64,000 nucleotides of DNA from Candidatus Latescibacterota bacterium. GTDB taxonomy: Bacteria; Latescibacterota; UBA2968; GCA-2709665. The position numbers were made by a program, and so were the translations under genes. Every line of letters begins with the position of its first letter. Position 1 is the stretch's first letter. The stretch lies in the NCBI GenBank assembly GCA_965203805.1, contig OZ241917.1:5728001-5792000 (forward strand), written 5' to 3'. Of the stretch, positions 60,920-64,000 are shown one piece after another. Below the pieces are notes generated by a model, which made no database searches, was not told the origin of the DNA, and saw nothing but the letters and a program-made list of their open reading frames with translations.

Positions 60920-62278
60920 TCAACCGTTACTCCCCAGGATTTCGTAGACTCTCGGCGGATGACGGTGGTCCCCGACCTCGCGGAACAGCGCTTCGGCCTT
61001 TTGCATCATCCCGGCGCGGCCGTAATAATAGATCAGGTTGCCGGCTTCGTTGGGTCTGCGTGCAAGCGCCCATACCTTTTCCTGTAGGCCCACGGCCCGT
61101 TTCCAATCTCCCAGGTGAAATGCCAGATACGTACCCATCTGCCTGAGTGCGACGTACGCCCAGACGGTCTTTTTGTCCAGTCTGTACACCCGCTCATATA
61201 GCGGATAGGCCTCGGCCCAACGTTTCTGCCGCGCAAGCGACAGTGCCAGGTAGTTGAGACACTCCTGGTTGTCCGGGGCGTATCCGGCCGCTCGCCGCGC
61301 AACCGCCTCCATTGCTTCGAATTCCCGCTTCCACAGGAACATCTGCGATTTCGCGGTAAGCGCGACGATGTCATCCGGAGCATGCGAGAGCCGGGCATCG
61401 CACAGCACGATGCAGCTGTCAACCGCCCGTGCCTGCGCTTCTGCGTCGTGCCGCCGCGCGGCAGCGAGCGCCATCGCAACCTCGATCGAATCCGGCCGCG
61501 CCTTTGCGGCTCTTTGCAGCGTTGCCGCTTCTTCCTCGGTTGGTCCATCGAACGGGTCGCCGGTACGGCCCAGTTCCATCATCGCCGCGGGATGGTCGGG
61601 GCATACTTCCAGCGCTTCCCTGAACCGCGCCCGAGCCGCATCGGTCCTCAGGTACAAACGATCTGTCCGTCCCTGCTCCAGGAGACGGGCGATGGTCTGC
61701 GCGACGAAACCGTCGGGCAGGTCGTTCCTGCTCCTTTCGTCCCGTGCCATGCGGAAGACCTCCTTTTGAAGCTGCCTGCGCGCCCGATAGAGGCGCTGTT
61801 TTACAGCCCCCTGGGTCGATCCCACCCGAAGGGCCACGTCCCGGATGGTATATCCCTCAAGATAATGCAGCGTGAACGCACGTACGCTGGCGCCCGGAAG
61901 GCGCGCGAGCAGTTCCTGTATTGCCGCGTTGCGAAGAACCGGTTCGTCACGACGTGGTTTCGGTTCCGTCGCCGTGCCGGCCGATTCGTTCATGGCCAGC
62001 CGCCGTCGAACCTGCCTCAGCCTGTTCAGGCAGAGGTTCCGAAGGATCCGGCCGACCCATGGTAGAAAACGGGAGGGATCCTCCAGTGCATCCAGCCGCA
62101 CAAATGCTTTCAGGAATGCCTCCTGAAGCGCATCCCGTGCGTCTTCGTCGGCGTGCAGGTAACCCAGCGCCTGGCGGAAGAGGCGATTTCCGTGGCGCTT
62201 CACCAGGGTCTCGAAAGCGGCGAGGTCGCCCGAACGCACTGCGGCGACCAACCGGGCGTCTGTTGACGGATTTTCCAT
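60920..62278 (-). CDS. ECF sigma factor with C-terminal TPR-like extension
   Basis: DA.DALQEAFLKAF, F.PW...I.RN, AFTLHYLEGY.I.DVA, VKQRLYRAR, followed by helical repeats. Confidence 0.85.
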   Translation of the reverse strand: MENPSTDARLVAAVRSGDLAAFETLVKRHGNRLFRQALGYLHADEDARDALQEAFLKAFVRLDALEDPSRFLPWVGRILRNLCLNRLRQVRRRLAMNESAGTATEPKPRRDEPVLRNAAIQELLARLPGASVRAFTLHYLEGYTIRDVALRVGSTQGAVKQRLYRARRQLQKEVFRMARDERSRNDLPDGFVAQTIARLLEQGRTDRLYLRTDAARARFREALEVCPDHPAAMMELGRTGDPFDGPTEEEAATLQRAAKARPDSIEVAMALAAARRHDAEAQARAVDSCIVLCDARLSHAPDDIVALTAKSQMFLWKREFEAMEAVARRAAGYAPDNQECLNYLALSLARQKRWAEAYPLYERVYRLDKKTVWAYVALRQMGTYLAFHLGDWKRAVGLQEKVWALARRPNEAGNLIYYYGRAGMMQKAEALFREVGDHRHPPRVYEILGSNG

Positions 62279-62387
62279 GGGTCTACCAGAAAGACACCGC
62301 ACCGTGGAGGCAGGTAACACCCCGGACTCGTGAGGCGTAGCTTCCACGCAAAGTTGAAAGCCGATTATTCCTGTATCCCAAAAGTAC

Positions 62388-62424
62388 AACAACGGGTTAC
62401 GTCAATTCGACGTAACCCGTTGTT
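62388..62424. terminator. Hairpin immediately 3' of tRNA-Leu
   Basis: AACAACGGGTTACGTC-AATTC-GACGTAACCCGTTGTT perfect 16-bp stem. Confidence 0.65.
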
Positions 62425-62427
62425 TTT

Positions 62428-62515
62428 TGGTGCCGAAGGGGGGATTCGAACCCCCACGAGCACAAGGCTCACTGCGCCCTGAACGCAGCGCGTCTACCAG
62501 TTCCACCACTTCGGC
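62428..62515 (-). tRNA. tRNA-Leu (anticodon CAG)
   Basis: GCCGAAG acceptor stem, CTGCG-TTCAGGG-CGCAG anticodon arm, long variable arm, GGTTCGAATCC, encoded CCA. Confidence 0.96.
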
Positions 62516-62585
62516 ACATGAGCCATGGGCCTGGAGCCGGAACCCGCAGACCGGAAAGGAAATATATAAAACCGCCTCGACCTTG

Positions 62586-63020
62586 TCAAGATTCCTCGGC
62601 CGCGAACAGGTTGCGGAATCCTCCGGGCATCCGCTTCGGTTTCCGGGTGGCGTAATCCAGGAAGGCGATCCCGGTTTTCGCCCGGGCGACTTCGATGCCG
62701 GTGTCCCGGTCGGTTACGCGGTAATAGATGTCGCATCCGATGCGGGTCAGGCCATCGACGGCGACGTGAAAGGTCAGGGTCTGGCCGTAAAACGCTTCGG
62801 ACTTGTACTGGATGACGGCGTCGACCATGATGATGCCCACCCCGTCCACGTTCAGTTCGGTGAAGCCGTGGCTTTCGAGAAAACGCACCCTGGCCTCGTG
62901 GACGAGCGACAGGACGGCGTTGTTGTCCATGTGCCCGCCGTAATTGATATCGGATACGCGAAGCCGGACGTCGGTAGCGAAACCGAAGGTCTCGGGAAGT
63001 TCGAGCTTGACGCGAGACAT
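62586..63020 (-). CDS. Acyl-CoA thioesterase (4HBT/YbgC hot-dog fold)
   Basis: RVSDINYGGHMDN..L...HEAR. Confidence 0.88.
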   Translation of the reverse strand: MSRVKLELPETFGFATDVRLRVSDINYGGHMDNNAVLSLVHEARVRFLESHGFTELNVDGVGIIMVDAVIQYKSEAFYGQTLTFHVAVDGLTRIGCDIYYRVTDRDTGIEVARAKTGIAFLDYATRKPKRMPGGFRNLFAAEES

Positions 63021-63122
63021 GATCGAGAATAATCTACGCAGGTGGTGGAGGTTGCGGGTTAAGGGAAAACAAGCCTGAGAGGGTAGATTCAGTATTGTGG
63101 TTGATATTAGATTTCGGTCGAT

Positions 63123-63149
63123 AAAAAAGCCCAGGCGGCGGCCTGGGTT
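63123..63149. terminator. Putative terminator for the minus-strand gene pair
   Basis: A6-GCCCAGGC-GGCG-GCCTGGGT stem; U-run on the minus strand. Confidence 0.65.
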
Positions 63150-63176
63150 ATCTTCATCAACAGAATCTACTCCTGG

Positions 63177-63479
63177 TCACTTATTCAGGGCTTGGTAGAA
63201 CTGATCATGATTTCCAATTTCAATGACCTCAATTGCTGTAACAACGTCATCCTCTCCATATACTCGAAAGGCAATACGAAATTTGTCATTTAAATAAGCC
63301 TTCCAGACATTTTCCCACATATGTTCGAAATGTCTACCAGGTAATTGTATGCCTGCTTCTATTTCGGAGAAAAACCGCTCTACTTGATACTTGATGGTTG
63401 GATTACGATTAAGACGTTTTAATTTTTTATGTACGGTCTTATTAAATTCACGTATCTCGACAGGTGGTTTAAAAACCAT
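63177..63479 (-). CDS. RelE/ParE-like putative toxin
   Basis: 100 aa, basic, W.AYLNDKFRIAF...IEIGNHD resembles RelE-superfamily C-term. Confidence 0.6.
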   Translation of the reverse strand: MVFKPPVEIREFNKTVHKKLKRLNRNPTIKYQVERFFSEIEAGIQLPGRHFEHMWENVWKAYLNDKFRIAFRVYGEDDVVTAIEVIEIGNHDQFYQALNK

Positions 63480-63488
63480 GTTCGAATC

Positions 63489-63989
63489 CTACAGACTGGC
63501 AAGAGCGGCCTTTGCTGACGAGTACGTCCTTTTACTTTTCGGTTGTTCATTGGCAAGCAATACCATAATCCACCAACGATATTCCTGAAAATAGGCTATA
63601 ATTTCACAGGTTAATTGGTCAACAACCTTGAGTTTTTCGTACAAATTCACCTTTTTATATATTTCCTCCAAAGATGCCAAAAATCCCCGCCAATCTTTAA
63701 ATTCTTGTTCCGCCTCCTCGATTTGCCGTATCGTATTTTCAGGATCATTATCTATGCAACCGTCCTGAATATATCTCTCCGGCGCTTTTTTCAACGTTTC
63801 AAAAGCCTGAGCTGCATCGTCACGTAATTTCGTGAATTTCCTTATCTCTCCATCCAACATCTGTCGTTTTTCTTCAATTTCGCGAATTTGAGCACGCGTG
63901 AGATAGCCTGTCTTGCGTCTTTGTTGCGAAATCTTATAAATGATCTGCGATTCTGCAACATCTAAAGATGGAGTTATCACCGCTGGCAT
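63489..63989 (-). CDS. Hypothetical helical protein, putative antitoxin partner
   Basis: GGAGG RBS, low GC, 9 nt upstream of the RelE-like gene. Confidence 0.5.
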   Translation of the reverse strand: MPAVITPSLDVAESQIIYKISQQRRKTGYLTRAQIREIEEKRQMLDGEIRKFTKLRDDAAQAFETLKKAPERYIQDGCIDNDPENTIRQIEEAEQEFKDWRGFLASLEEIYKKVNLYEKLKVVDQLTCEIIAYFQEYRWWIMVLLANEQPKSKRTYSSAKAALASL

Positions 63990-64000
63990 TGTCTTCCTCC

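Noticed and set aside
62428-62515. tRNA-Leu as integration site of an island within this window
   Set aside because: No duplicated tRNA 3' end or integrase seen in the window

Overview
Bacterial (diderm: LptE, RND pump) high-GC chromosomal window. The mix of ankyrin, NHL, PhyH-dioxygenase and DUF1844 genes resembles uncultured FCB-type lineages such as Latescibacterota/Gemmatimonadota; this is inference only. Layout: (1) 1-6.7 kb holds comF, a HAD-YvcK fusion, a HAD hydrolase, a SAM hydrolase, radC and an ankyrin gene. (2) About 6.7-31 kb is a visibly lower-GC island. It has a sigma54 two-component system, a perfect -24/-12 promoter and two internally duplicated ABC-exporter loci. It also carries two 1823-bp IS copies with 6-bp TSDs, an IS200 relic, a probable group II intron 5' fragment and a MITE. 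(3) 31-37.7 kb holds metabolic genes including cysK. (4) 37.8-45.7 kb is a repeat field with about 26 copies, in both orientations, of CATGGAT-NNN-CAGGAT-NNN-CAGGAT-AA, often in ~136-bp units. It is interleaved with toxin-antitoxin genes, gene fragments, an AhpD-like UGA/SECIS selenoprotein and a GxxExxY gene whose start codon lies inside one repeat. This is the best candidate for an undescribed system. (5) 45.7-64 kb holds lptE, a DsbA-like gene, form II coxSLM-coxG, an RND pump, a cluster of REP-like hairpins, a Phe T-box ahead of an archaeal/eukaryotic-type PheRS, an ECF-TPR sigma factor, tRNA-Leu(CAG) and a low-GC TA-like pair. All calls are by-eye motif recognition; no searches were run.
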